The notes: generated from the letters alone by a model not told the origin. A stretch of DNA of 64,000 nt from Mobula hypostoma (GCF_963921235.1 NC_086108.1:34474001-34538000); one strand, 5' to 3'; positions 12,651 to 25,410 are shown, counted from the stretch's first letter. Made by a program: numbers and translations.

Positions 12651-12892
12651 GGTCGACACAATAGCGTGGCGGTTAGTGTAACATTATTACAATGACCCAG
12701 GTTCAATTTTGACACCATCTGCAAGCCATTGGTGTGTTCTCCCCAAGAAAGCGTGGGCTTCCTTCATGTGCTCCAGTTCCCTCCCACATTCCAAAGACGT
12801 ACGGGTTAGAGTGTTGGTTGGTCACATGGGTGTAATTGGGTGGCGTGGACTTGTTGGGCCAGAAGAACCTGTTGCTGTGCTGTATCTCTAAA
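12651..12892 (+). mobile_element. HE1/V-SINE-like SINE
   Basis: tagcgtggcggttagtg...caggttcaatt head, V-domain-like core, and tail gggccagaagaacctgttgctgtgctgtatctctaaa. Confidence 0.75.
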
Positions 12893-14074
12893 AGGAAAAG
12901 TGGTTCCTTTCTGCTTTAGGTCCCTCCTAAACTCAGAAGCTCTTAAAATCACCCGATCTCCTTAAGTGTGCAACACCTACTGTTGTTAGACACTCTCCCA
13001 ATCGTTAATCTAGCATTCAAGTTGGAGCCTTTGATGCCACCATCAAAACTTCAAAATGGCACTTGAAATTGGGCTTATGCTTGTGTGTCAAATGTTCGAG
13101 GTTTAAGATGACTAGTTCAATCAGGGCTGCTCTAGTTCACATTGGGATTCCCTAGCTGTATCGCATCTGCTTTATATTCTTTTACCTGCATAGTCTACGC
13201 ACAGGCTAATCCAGTGCTCCTTTTGTGCTTGTTGCTATTGCAATAATAGCCTGTATCATGCTGGCTGTAGGAAGGTTGCTGCCACAACTGAAAATGTTGC
13301 AATAAAGTCCTGGGACTTTGGAGCAGGACTGCTTTTCATTTAGCTTTAAATGTGCAGGTAGAAACACAATCTGAGACTCTCCACAGAAGCCACTTACCAT
13401 GTCTGTTATCTTCCAAACAGGCAATCTTGTTCACAACAAAAAAAGTATTTCCACAATATTGCAGTTGCATGTGACACATAAATAGGAAATGGATAATTGG
13501 CTCGATCTTCTTCTGTTATCCAGTCAGATTATGGCTAAATCTTTCTAACCTCGAGAAGTTTGATTTTTTTGCACCAGTTTCTACTATCTGCAGTCTCTTT
13601 TGCCTCCACTTTACTGCAGCGCCGTAAAAATCTCTTCAAAGCATGAGGAAGTTTTCTTCCTCTCTTTTGATGGGAGTTCTGCAAGAACTTCTCTCTCTGC
13701 TGTCCGTCCCTGTGATTTCCACTTCCTCCAGCAATTTGATTTTTGCATCTGTGGTCTCTGGAATCACACTTTGTAAGTCTGCCCACCTTGATTGAATATC
13801 CCCTAACACCCTTTCTGGAAAGGCTTCTGATCAATCTGAATTTAGAGCCTTTTAACTGACTTTTCCTCAGCGTATTTTTGAGAGTGAGAGTTTCCAACTT
13901 GTATTGCCCTTTGTATGGGAGGGAAAAAAAGGCCTCACATTATCGCTGAATGGTCTGCTTTGTCTTAACTGCATTTCTCTTCCAAAGGGAAGATTCTTGT
14001 TTCTTCATCCCCTAACAAGTCCTTTCATCACCATGAAGTTCACAATTACATCAACCCTTGGTAAGTAAGTGAGA

Positions 14075-14655
14075 CAGCAAGTATTGCTTTTATGGATCCA
14101 TTGCTTGGTAAAAGGAGCGATGCAAGTGCATTTGAAGGCATTTGGCAGTCTTGCCTTCATCAGCTGAGGCACTGTGTTGGGATGCCATGTTACAACTATC
14201 GGAACCACTGGTTAGACCACATATGGAGTATTGTCTACAGTTCTGGTCACAACACTGCACTGCCAGAAGGATTTGATGGTGACAGAGAGAGTACAAAAGG
14301 CATGTGACTGGAATGGAAGGCTACAGTTATGGGAAGAGATTAGGAGGGCTGGGATTATTAGGTTGGAGACTGGGGGATGACCTTAATAGAGAAAGGACAG
14401 TCTTTTTCCCTGGACAGAGGATTCTAAAACTAGAGGGAACAGGTTTAAGGTAAGGGGGAGAGCTTTAAAGGAGATTGGCGGGTTAAGCGGCAGTTATGTG
14501 GAATGAGCTGCCAGAGGCAGATACAACTGAAGGGCATGTGGACAGGAATTGGAGTGCAGGGCTATAGCTGAAGAGAGGAAAATGAGAAGAGGATAGGTAT
14601 CACTGTCAGCATGGATGAGATGGGTAAAAAGAGCTTGTTTCTGTGCCTTATGATT
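14075..14655 (+). mobile_element. CR1 LINE 3' fragment
   Basis: Decayed LVRPHMEYCLQFWS motif (ctggttagaccacatatggagtattgtctacagttctggtca) through the 3' UTR. Confidence 0.7.
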
Positions 14656-17129
14656 CAACGATCATTGCAGGCCGTGCTCTGATCTGTGGAAGGTCAGTCT
14701 GAGTTAGCTGTGGTCACCATCCTGCACCTAATGTTGTGACTCGAGGAGCCGGGTGCAAGTGGGGGCTCTGTGTTGTTTTTTGAAATATATAAAGGAAAGA
14801 TATGAGCTTGAGCGCTCCTAACTTCGTTGACCCCAGGATCAGGCCTTTGGTGAGCTGCTGAAGCTCCAGTTTGAGAGCCTAATCAGCAGGTTGTGTGTCA
14901 AATCTGAGGGGGTCTGGGGTCTGGGGGGTACTTGACTGTTACTGGAATGATCTGTAAGCATTATCATAATTCTGACCTGTTGGAAATGCACTGGGATTCC
15001 AAAGGAGAGTGCTGTTGGAGAGTTATTTGGTTATGAGGTCTAAATTTAGTTACCAACACTTTTATCACTAAAGAAATGGAGAAGGTTTTACTGGTGCTTG
15101 CACGGTTTGTTTCCGACTGTTTAGTACAAGTACATTTTGGAAACTAAATTTAGACCCTTAAGTGTTTTAACCATTGATCAGATTTATCAGGTTCCAAAAT
15201 AAACTTTGTAATTGAAGCATTTTTGGTTTTAGAATACAATAATTAAGAATTTTATGTTCATTGTCTTTACTGTAGACTCTGAAATGCAGAATTTGGAATA
15301 TTGTCACCTTTTGAGCTTTTCCAGAGCTGCCCTCCTTTCTAACTGGATAGTTGAAGGGCTTGTGTGTGAAAGTGATAGCTTTTCAAGTTGAAAACTCTGT
15401 CACGTGCCTTGTTTTGTAGCATGCAAGATTAAGTGTGAGCTGTTTAAATCCCTTGAGCCTCTTCTGCCATTCAGATAAATCATGACACATCTGTAGATTT
15501 GCCCACTTTCGCTACAGACCGTTGTAGAACAGAATTAATTTGACATTAGTACAATTCCATGTTATTCTAACAGTTGTGCTATAAAGTGAACTAACTACAG
15601 TATGGTCCGTCTACTTAGTGAGACAGTACTGTATAATGAATTGCTGATATAATATTGCCAAAAAAGAGAGTGATTGTAAAATGAGATTTTTTTTTGTTTA
15701 ATTTCAAATGTTTTGGTATTGGCCAGAATGACTAAATGACCTTCCAATTCTGCCCAAGGTGGATACTGAACAGTGAACTGAAATATTTCAAATCTATTTA
15801 TTTGGCTTCTCCCTGTAAAGTTAATTGTAATAGAATTGCTTAAGAATTTTCTTTTATGAATTACTTCAGAAGTATTCTAGTTAAAATTATTATATTTAAT
15901 CCTTGATACCTATCACAGTTTGCTACAGAGTGAATGATATTTTTATTATACACAGTGAAAATGTTTAGATTATTTTGTTGGGGAGGGATATGTAACATCT
16001 TATTTGGTAGAAAATTTAGCAGTTCTGCATTAATGTGTATAATCTGACTACGTAATCTACATGAGAGAATGCAGCACCATGGAATAAACCAATCTCCATA
16101 TTTCATAGCAAACCAAATGAACCAAAGCTGTTGATGCTAGAGAAACAATGTTCATCTTTTTCTCCTTCCTCAAATGCTACAACCAAAAACTGGCTTGCAG
16201 GTTAGCAATTTAATCTATTGTTTGTAGGATTATGGTCAGTAAATCCTTGAAAGGTATTTCATTTGGACTCAATACCCTAATGATTGTGATATCAAGTTAG
16301 ACACATTTGTGTCTCTAGCTAGTGAGAATCTTGATAAGCAGCTGTGTCTCCAGAGAAAATTCCAATGAGCTATTAAAAGTCTTGAACTTTAAATATCTCA
16401 ATTATAGGATGTTTGTATTGTCTTCCAAATTGTGCTTTGTGCTATGTGAGAGATTAAAACACCATTCTAGGATTCAGCACATAACCCAATATGATATTTT
16501 AAGTGCCGGATTGAAGTGTGGCTGCAGAATAGGATGAATAGTTTTGAGGTGAGGTGTTGAACCATGGCTTCATTCAGCTATCCAAATAAAGATTTAGGAT
16601 TTCATGATTCTATTTGACAGAAGAATAAAGATATTTCTCAATGTCTCCAGCCATGTATTGTTTGGGCTACCCAGTATAGATTACACATTCATTTTTCTGA
16701 TTACTTGCTTTTAAAGTGCTATGTTTCTTCTGTAGTTGACTCAAGTACACATTTGGGGTAAAATAATTGCAGCCAATGAGAGAGCAAGAGAGATTGCTAG
16801 GTGTGGTGATGAAAAAGCCTCATATACGACGGGCAACCATGCTGCCGTGCTTTTTAGATTGATTGTAAATGAACAAAATCAGCGCAGTCACCTAGTGGAG
16901 ATAATGGATTTCATACAATGCTTCTGACTATTGCATCCTCCAAATCTTCATTTTCATTGTAGCATTCAAGGTAGTTGTCAATACCTTCAAATTATTCGTA
17001 GTTCCTAAAAGTGAGCAAAGCAGTTCTGAATTGGCTTTCTGCTTACATCTCGCCAACTCCCAGTGACAAAATTCACTGCTGTTTGAACAGAAACCTACGC
17101 AACTGACAGCCTTTTAAAACTGTTCACTC

Positions 17130-17349
17130 TAAGCATGGTATAGTGTCTAATGACCACACAAGTTCACGTGACTGATGCTAGTTAGAAACAGTTTGGCAAC
17201 AGTCTCCTGTCCCAACTAAGTGGTGTAGTGCTCCAAATAAACGAAGGGAATCCCAGCTATATCCTCAAATAGTTTTTGTTATTTAAGAGTTGTCCCAAAT
17301 AAGTGGTTGCTCCAACAATTGATGGACCAATTAACCATAATCCACTGTA
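17130..17349. mobile_element. Tc1/pogo (Tigger-like) MITE remnant
   Basis: Internal tgtcccaa..aagtgg repeats; ends ttaaccataatccactg followed by TA. Confidence 0.4.
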
Positions 17350-17390
17350 TTTGGATTCTGCAATAAATTGATTCCATGCAAGATTTTGAA

Positions 17391-17485
17391 TATGACGAAG
17401 GATCTCAGCCCGAAATGTCAACTGTACCTCTTCCTAGAGATGCTGCCTGGCCTGCTGCGTTCACCAGCAACTTTTATGTGTGTTT
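17391..17485 (+). mobile_element. Penelope-like 3' tail
   Basis: tgacgaaggatctcagcccgaaatgtcaactg...gatgctgcctggcctgctgcgttcaccagca. Confidence 0.7.
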
Positions 17486-17644
17486 TTTGAATATTTTGTT
17501 GCTTTTGGAACCATGTAGGCAAATGTAAATAGGAATATTACTTACAACAAAAGATAGTTCATTGGTTGTTAAGAACATGGTATAGTGTAAGGAAAAAGTT
17601 AAATGTCATTCCTCCTTGGTACATGCTAAAATAAAATGGAAATC

Positions 17645-18250
17645 TGTAAGACAAAATAGTGTTAGCTTGGAGTGTGATTGTTTTGAGAAAGTACAAGGGA
17701 ACCAGTCCACAGCAATGTTTTTAGAAAGTTAAAGGAGTAAAGGTCGACAGCCATAATAGTGGAAAATGGTGAAAAACATGTTTTTCATGGGAAGGTGAGG
17801 TCATTGTGCAGGTGCAGCAACCAAATGCATGGAAAAGTACCAGAGTAAGGGATTTTGAAGGGTATAAAAGGGGCACCTTCTTGGTGCAAGGACGAGTTTT
17901 GTCCTAGGCTAGGTCATGGCTGGGGAATAATGCTAAGATAGGGAACAGTGCGTCGAAGAGATTCAGAGTATGTCAATTCAGAGTTAGAAACAGAGAGAGA
18001 GAGGGAGAGGAGAGCTGTGAGAAAGTCTGTTGGCATTCCACAGATCAGCTCATTCAGAGAATGATAAGTATTATTTTGATTTCTGTACTACTACTTCTTA
18101 CAGCTGTAGAGGTTTGTTTGTGCTTTTGTATGGCATTTGTGTTATTCTAATAAAATGCTTTCTTGTGGCTTTGAACACGTGTGTTGTCTCCTTTTGTTTG
18201 TGAATGCGTATACGAATACCCTGAGGTGAACCAGGAAAGAACACATAACG
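17645..18250 (+). mobile_element. Probable solo LTR
   Basis: Begins TGTAAG and ends ATAACG (CA decayed). AATC flanks both sides (17641-44, 18251-54). It contains TATAAAA near 17863 and AATAAA near 18149 in U3-R-U5 order. Confidence 0.55.
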
Positions 18251-20354
18251 AATCTTGAAATAATTTTGGTTTACAGATATCCCAAAGACATGAAAGATTA
18301 TATTATAATGCTCATTTTTATTAGTAAAGCACAGGTCTCATTATTGTACTTGCAAATTACTTGGATTGTCCTACTTTTATTTTGAAACAAGTTGCATCTA
18401 TAAGAAATATCCTGTAACAATTTGGATTCTCAGGAGAGTCCATGCTCTGTATATCAAAGCTTATTATTGCCTCAAAGAAAATTCGTATCATGTTTCATAA
18501 TCTTTTTGAAATGCCAGTTAATTTTTTTAACTTATAAGCTTCTCAATCACAATTTGGTATCATTCATTGCAATCCAAATGCAGTTACACTGCTGAAGGTT
18601 AATTGTCTCCATTGTGGAATAAGTAGAAAATCAAGTTGAAAAGTTGCTCTGCACCCTTGGTGATGATTACTCTCTTTCTAGTATTCCTTAAAGGAGACTT
18701 CATTTCCCTATTGTACGAAGCTCTGAGTTTTAATATTTCTGTTGCAAAGTCCTAATTGCCAGCATAGCTATGAGCCACCTACAACAAGGAATCCATCGTT
18801 CGTTCACTGGCACTTTAACAGAGGATAAGGTCCATTGATTGTCACCCTTTCTGCTACGGTGGGAGGGAAGTCAGCCAGCATATCTGTTAATGGAATACTT
18901 GGGCAAGGGGAGGACCGGGATTAACTCTGGTTTCTGTACACAGCAGCCTGATCTGCTGGTATCATTGGTTTAGGCTTTCACATTGAGAATAGTTACTGGG
19001 CGAGATGACAATCTATGGCACATGTGGGTCTTACTTCAGAAAGAGCTAGTGAGGGTAAGGGATAAATTGCGGAAAATTGAGAGTGAAATCCACTGGCGAT
19101 CCAAAAAAGTTTGCTTTAAGTGTCCAATGCAATAAGCTTGCATTGTTTGTAAAACAGCGTAGACTTGTAACACCCAAGAAGAGAAATGGAAAATAGACTG
19201 CTAGGAAGAGCCAAGTTGATTTTCAGAATAATAAGGTGGTATTATTTTTTTTTCAGCATTTCAGAAAGTGTGATACAAGTACACTTCATCATATTTATAT
19301 TCCTGTATGGAGACATTGATGACAAATAATTAGATATTGGTCTGACCTTGCAATTTAAGCAGTCATCTTCTTCATGACCACGTATCCCAATAGTAATAAC
19401 CATTATTCAGATAAGAGATAACTTTGCATGTTAACATCATTTTAAAGACTAAATAAATACATTGGTTTGAGTATGTTATGGCTGAGAATTGTATTTGAAG
19501 TGATGTTATGCGAAACAGCTAATGCAACACACATTTCTTACAAAGGCTTTTAAAGAGATGAATGTGAGTGTGTTAAAACTAGATACTGGCAGTTTGTTAG
19601 GTTTTTAATCTCTTTTCGCTTAAAGAAGCTGGTCTTGAACCAAGAGGCAATGTTAAGACTGAGGGAAAAGCTTTGATACAGTAGGTCAGGCTGAGCTACA
19701 GTTTACCTGTGTGATGAATGTTTGATATAATAGCCTAGTGTATGTCACAATATTTCAGTCAAGGTGAATGTTTCTCTGCAGCATTTGTTCAAGGCAATAA
19801 GCACACATATGGCTTTCAACTTATTCAATAATTACAAACCTTTCGTAAACAGTTTCTGTCTTTGCAACTACGTACTTGTGATTTGCCTTGAAGGCTTTAC
19901 TGCTTGCACCCCTTCAGAAGCTGGTTAATTCTGCCGACAGCTAATGCAGCATGTATCTGTACTTGGCTTGTCAGTCACCAGTTATCAGTTGTAACTTCTC
20001 AGTTATAATCAGCGCACTGTGAAAAAGCTGTCTGATGGAAACAATTCTTTAAAGTCAGTTAAGATGCTGTAGTATCCTGAGTACAAATCTGTCTTCGTCT
20101 GAGACATTTGAAATTCAGCACAACAATACTAGACATCAATTAAGTTTAAATCACTAGCTGAGGTTCTTGTGAGAGTGCAGCATGGCGTAGTGCTAAGGCT
20201 CGGGGACAGTGGGGGAATTTTGTTATTACCCCAATATTGTCCGCTACAATATTGTTATGTCCTCAGTTGTTGCAGTAATGTACCACTGCAGGGCTCCTCA
20301 TGAGTGTCAACAGTTCTGTTGGTTTCAAGGAATGTAGTAGGACACTGTAACATG

Positions 20355-20515
20355 GGCTGGCCAGTGGTGTAGTGGTGTCAGCACTGGACTCCGCGACAGA
20401 CGGTCCAGAGTTTGAATCCAGCCAGGTCCCAACCTGGGCAGCAGCTTCTATGTGGAAAAAAGGCCTGGTAATCTACTTCAGAATCTTACCATGAGTCGAT
20501 GGCACTCAACAACGA
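20355..20515 (+). mobile_element. tRNA-derived SINE
   Basis: A box tggtgtagtgg and B box gagtttgaatcc; no complete cloverleaf. Confidence 0.65.
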
Positions 20516-21717
20516 ACAGTAGAACACTACTTAATGCATTGACCACGAATATAAGAATGTAAAGGCCTTGCATGGTTTATTGTCGTAAATATATTTATTA
20601 TTAATAATGTGTATTTGATATTAATAAGTGAAGTATCATCCTTTAATGTTGACTTACTCCTACATGCAGGTCCTATTTCTTTTCCATTCTTACAAAATTA
20701 TATATTTAAATTTATTCTGACGTGTCCTTACATGAGGTGCAATTAATATTGATAAACCTGATCCTTTTTTCTTGCTGGCCTATGTTCAAGGGGGTGGGGT
20801 GGGGTGATGATGGCAGGCACCTAAATGTTTCATAGTAGTCTCGCTGCTCCCAACAATATTTTGAAATACTAATGTTTTAGTGGGAGCTTCTATTTCGAGA
20901 TTTTTCTCTTTTTTTTTGGTCAATATGCAAAAGTCTGAAAATGCACGCCTTAATGCACTTGCATGGGAGATTTGCCAGCTGCCAAGTTTGTGCCCTAAAT
21001 TTTTATGGGTGAAAATGTGCCTACACCTTTTCAAGGATTAAAAAAAACCTAGATTGCCATTGTCAGCAAGCTTGATACAAGTTAAATTGTTTACTCGATG
21101 AGTGCTGCAACTTTTAACTTGTGTCAATAAATCCTAAGACTTATGACTGCTGTTGCTTTGCCACCACTGATCCTTTTAGTGTGATTAATTCACCCTATAA
21201 ACGTATGTGTCACTGAGTGAGTTCAAGGTCCTATAAGAGGAACTGTGATACATCAGCTTGAGCTGAGTATCCCGTCCCTTTTGCAAAGGTCATGAAATGA
21301 GCAACAAAAATATTTGCATTCCAGGAACCATGCTTGTTTCCCCTGTATAAATTCTACCTGTCTTCACCGCTCCTCTGCCCAACTGAGCTTGCATTTATTC
21401 TGTGTGCATTTGGCTATTAATGGTTATTTTCATCTCATATTTAGTGAGTTACATGTCTTAACTGCACAAAATTTGTTTGAACTTTTATCTTGGGTTGATA
21501 ATGAACCCTGGTCAAGCTCTGCACGAGAGGTTAATTCATTTTGAAACTGGTTTCAGTCTGGGAGTCCCTGGAGAAGCATGCACATTCACACTTGAGCGAA
21601 GTCCACCTTCAGACTTGTTTTCATACTGGCACCAAATTGGATGGAAGAGGGTGAGAGTGTGCAGAAATGACAAGGGGAATAAGCAGGGTTTCCTGGTCTT
21701 TAAGAGTTTTATTGCAT

Positions 21718-21992
21718 AAATAAATGCTTCTCGGGCTTCCAGCCGACTACAGTTGTTAATTCGATGACAAACACTGCCATCTTCTTCAGGGATGATGCCT
21801 AGGTATGTCTAGTCCAGTGGTACTTACACCCCCGAAATCCATCCCTCCTGATTGGTTAATCCTCATCCAATCAGGTTTCTGGTCTCCGGCCTTGCTTACA
21901 ATTGAATTCCAGTTCTTACTTAGAGTGAGAAATTAGTTTTTGTTAAAGTTCTTTTCCTCTAGTTTTACTTCAGTGGTTTCCTTTACGAGGCA
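21718..21992 (-). mobile_element. Penelope-like element of a second family (Poseidon-type), GIY-YIG C-terminus and tail
   Basis: Minus translation LVKETTEVKLEEKNFNKN*FLTLSKNWNSIV, followed by cctgaagaagatggcagtgtttgtcatcgaa. Confidence 0.7.
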
Positions 21993-22012
21993 CTGGGTCC
22001 ATATTAATATGG

Positions 22013-23088
22013 ACTAATATGGACCCAGAGCTCTCGGGGCAGGTTTGAAAAGCACAGGACAAACCTGGAGCTTAAGGCAGCGCTCTGATGCTCCCAAGGC
22101 AGGTCTGATAAACTACGAGGCAGATCACTAGGGGCAGGGCTGGAAAATCCAGAATAGATCTGGAGATCTCGAGGCAGGTCTGATAAACTACGAGGCAGAT
22201 CACTAGGGGCAGGGCTGGAAAATCCAGAATAGATCTGGAGATCTCGAGGCAGGTCTGATAAACTACGAGGCAGATCACTAGGGGCAGGGCTGGAAAATCC
22301 AGAACAGATCTGGAGATCTCGAGGTAGGTCTGAAAAAACACAAGGCAGACCTGGAGCTCAAAGCATAGTATATAACTTGGAAACAAGCGATGTAACTCGG
22401 AATCACAGCACAAAACAAAAAGGGGGGAAACATTGCGTAGAACTTTGGGGGGGGGGGATACATAACATGGGAGACCTTACAAGCCTTGTTGATCCAGAGA
22501 ACTTTAGAAAAAATCTTGAACATAGACTGGAGAAGCTCAGATCTTCAGCTGGGTCCATATTAGTGGGGTCGTTCTGTTCGCTCTTGAAGGACTGGACCCA
22601 GGGGTGGCGGAATAACGGAATTCCCAGGTAAAGGTGGATAGAGGATAGACATCAGAATCAGAGGCTCGGAAGAGCGACTGAGTGACGCCACAAAGTAATT
22701 CATCCTCTCCGACCCAACCTATTTATCCCAAGAGCTGCAACGGCAGGCTCACGACTCAAACCAGGAGCCGAGGAACGGCAGAATCCCCAGGAAGGGATGG
22801 AAACAAAAGGTTAGACACCGCAACACCAACAAAGCCTCAGAGGAGAAACTGAGTGAAACCACAAGACAATTCATTCTCTCCGACCCAATGACCCCAACTA
22901 CAGCACTGAATGGGAGATCCCTATATAATCATAGAATATGGGAAACATGTGCCAGCCACAATTAACTTAAGGTTAAGCCAAAAACACAAGGGATTAACAA
23001 CTCCAGTTAAGATATTAATTAGTAAATACAGGTGCTCAAAAAACAGTAGAAGCTCAACATTCTCTGGCAGGCCACAGGGCTCATGACA
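22013..23088 (-). mobile_element. Truncated Gypsy-like LTR element (LTR ~22575-23088 plus start of internal region)
   Basis: Minus strand begins TGTCATGAGCC and the LTR ends ...gcgAACA. It is followed by gaacgaccccactaatATGGACCCAGCT (MDPA..., a typical gag start in vertebrate Gypsy elements) and then the 75-bp array. Confidence 0.55.
22096..22335. repeat. 75-bp tandem repeat, about 3.2 near-identical copies
   Basis: Units start at 22096, 22171, 22246 and 22321 (gaggcaggtctgataaactacgaggcagatcactagggg...). Confidence 0.95.
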
Positions 23089-23089
23089 C

Positions 23090-25208
23090 TTTTCAGATAT
23101 GACATCTACGAAGATCAGTGTCTTAACACCAAACTCACATTTCCCTATATTTAATTTCGTGTCACGTCAAGCACTTGTCTCAGTCATGTTCATCCTTGGT
23201 GGTTCCCCAGACAATGATGTCATCCATCATGGTCTTGACACCAGGTATGCCCTCAAAGATAATGTGGATGGTTTTATGGTCGGCTTTTGGTAGGGACCGA
23301 ATCCCATACCGTAGCCAAGGAAAACTATATCTTCCCTGGGGTGTGTTAAAAGTACACAGTCTCGAACTTGCCTCATCAAGCTTCATCTGCCAAAACCCAG
23401 ACGATGCATCGAGCTTGCTAAGCCACTTGGCACCTGCAAACTAGGACACGATCTCCTCCCACGCTGGCGATTTAAAATACCCTCTCCTGATGGCTTTATT
23501 AGATCTCTTGGGTTTGGACGTATCTGTAACGCTCCATTTTTCTTTTGCACAATGACCAATGAGCTCACCCAATCTGTTGGTTCTTCAATTTTCTGTATGA
23601 CATTTATCCATTCTATGCATGCTAGTTCTTGTTTAAGCTTGTCTGTTAGGTGGAAATGGAACATTCCTGCATGCATGGACAACAGGAGCCACTGTTTCAT
23701 CTATATGAATTTTGCGTACACCAGGTAAGCATCATAGCCCCTCGAAGACATCTGGATACTCTTCCATGAGTGTTGTGTGGTCATCTTTGATCTGTGAAGC
23801 CGCTATGAAAACTTTTCACCAGGATGAGCATTTCACATGCGCACAGTCCTAATATTGGCTGTTCTCTCTTTTCTACAATCAGTCGCTGTGACCGTTAGGT
23901 GTTACCCCTTGTGCTTGAAGGTCACTACACAGCCCCCTTTTACTGGAACGTTCTCTCCTGTGTGGCCTGTCACTTTTAACTTCACTGGGTAAATCTTGCT
24001 CTTCACTTTGAGAATCTTGTAATTATCCCTGGATAACAGATTCTCCTGGGCTGCGGTGTCAAGCTTCGATGGAATTACTGTCTCATTCACAGTCACTGGA
24101 ACAATCCATTCTGTTTCACTGGTACCAGCAGTATGTAGAGAAGCTACAAAGACTTCCTCCATTTCCTCATCAACTGTGTGTACTTTTTTCTTGGTAGCTC
24201 CAACTCTGCAGTACTTTGCAAAATGATTCTTCTTCCCACAGTTATTACGGTTTTTCCACGAGCAGGACACATTTTTGGAATGTGCCAAACTCCACATTTG
24301 CTGCATTTGTTGTGCGAGCCTTCCTCTTTGCTTTGCTGTTCTGTTCCTTGTGTGCTGCTCCTCTGTTTTCACGGCATGCCTTGTGCTCATGTGATCTCTG
24401 CTGCCCTACGCATATTCACAGCCTTCCCAGAGTCAAAGCTTTTTCATGTAGTAATCTTTCTCTGAGTACATTATCTGGAATTCTGCAAACTATTCTGTCT
24501 CTAACTAGTTAGTGAGTTTCTCAAATCTGCAAATTCACAGGTCTTACTCATTGTGTGAAGCTCAGCTAAGTACTGATTGAAGCTAACACCTTGTTACTGG
24601 TCGCAGGGGGGATAAATTATCCCTCAAACTTGATGTTTTTACTTGGGCCAAAATACACCTCAAATTTTGACATCAGAGTGTCCAATGTAAAAGCTGTCTC
24701 ATTCATTTGAAAGCTGTTATAGGTGTCCAAAGCATCTTTGCCAATTACATGCAGAAAAATAGCCGTTTTCAATTTTTCGTCAGCCTCTTCCACTCAGCTA
24801 GCCACTAAGTATATATTGTATCACTGTTTGATTCGTTTCCAGTTATCAGTTGGATTGCTGGTAAACTCATAGGTGTGGGAGGATTTAGTTTATCCATGAC
24901 AGGAGCTCTCATCCTCTTGGGGAATCCGGTAACTACTGAACTTTGGGAACAGTCTCTTTCTTAGTCACGCAGAGTGTTAATTTGCTCTCTGTGTTTAGAC
25001 CTTATGCCATTGTCTGACACCATGTTATGTTTGTTCGTAATAAAGACAAACTTGGCGTGGGTTTGTTTACATTAGAACTTTTTAGCACTGAGCTGCTTAA
25101 TTTCTGTGCGCGTGCAACCACAGTCGTCATTGCAGCTTCTGGTTCTAGGTGTACCTGTGGCATTGCCTACTGGGAACTGAATTTCTTTGTTATGCACTCA
25201 TAATAACA
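23090..25208 (-). mobile_element. Gypsy LTR retrotransposon, 3'-truncated and pseudogenised (LTR, PBS, gag, protease, RT)
   Basis: LTR 25023-25208 with TGTTAT...ATAACA ends and adjacent PBS TGGTGTCAGA. Gag starts MDKLNPP at 24897. Motifs: knuckle NNCGKKNHFAKYC, protease KLDTAAQENLL, RT EPTDWVSSLVIVQKKNG...TMMDDIIVWG. Many stops and frameshifts. Confidence 0.92.
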
Positions 25209-25274
25209 CACTCACTTCTTCGGTGTTGAGCTACTGAGGGGGGCAGAACTACGCTGAGTATTTCTCCACAGAGA

Positions 25275-25410
25275 GGTTGAAAATCAAAAGAACTGCAGAT
25301 ACTGGAAATCTGAAACGAAAAAAGAACTGCTAGAAAGGCTCAGTAAATCAGCAGCAATTCCTCTGAAGAGAAGAACAGAGTTAACATTTGATATTGAGGG
25401 CTCTTCATCA
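25275..25410 (-). mobile_element. Old Penelope-like tail
   Basis: aactgcagatactggaaatctgaaac...gttaacatttga...ctcttcatca. Confidence 0.55.

Noticed and set aside
20355..20430. tRNA gene
   Set aside because: A and B boxes are present but there is no full cloverleaf, and it continues into a SINE body. The same applies to the other SINE heads.
22096..22335. CRISPR-like array
   Set aside because: Units are contiguous and near-identical with no unique spacers, there are no cas genes, and the context is vertebrate.
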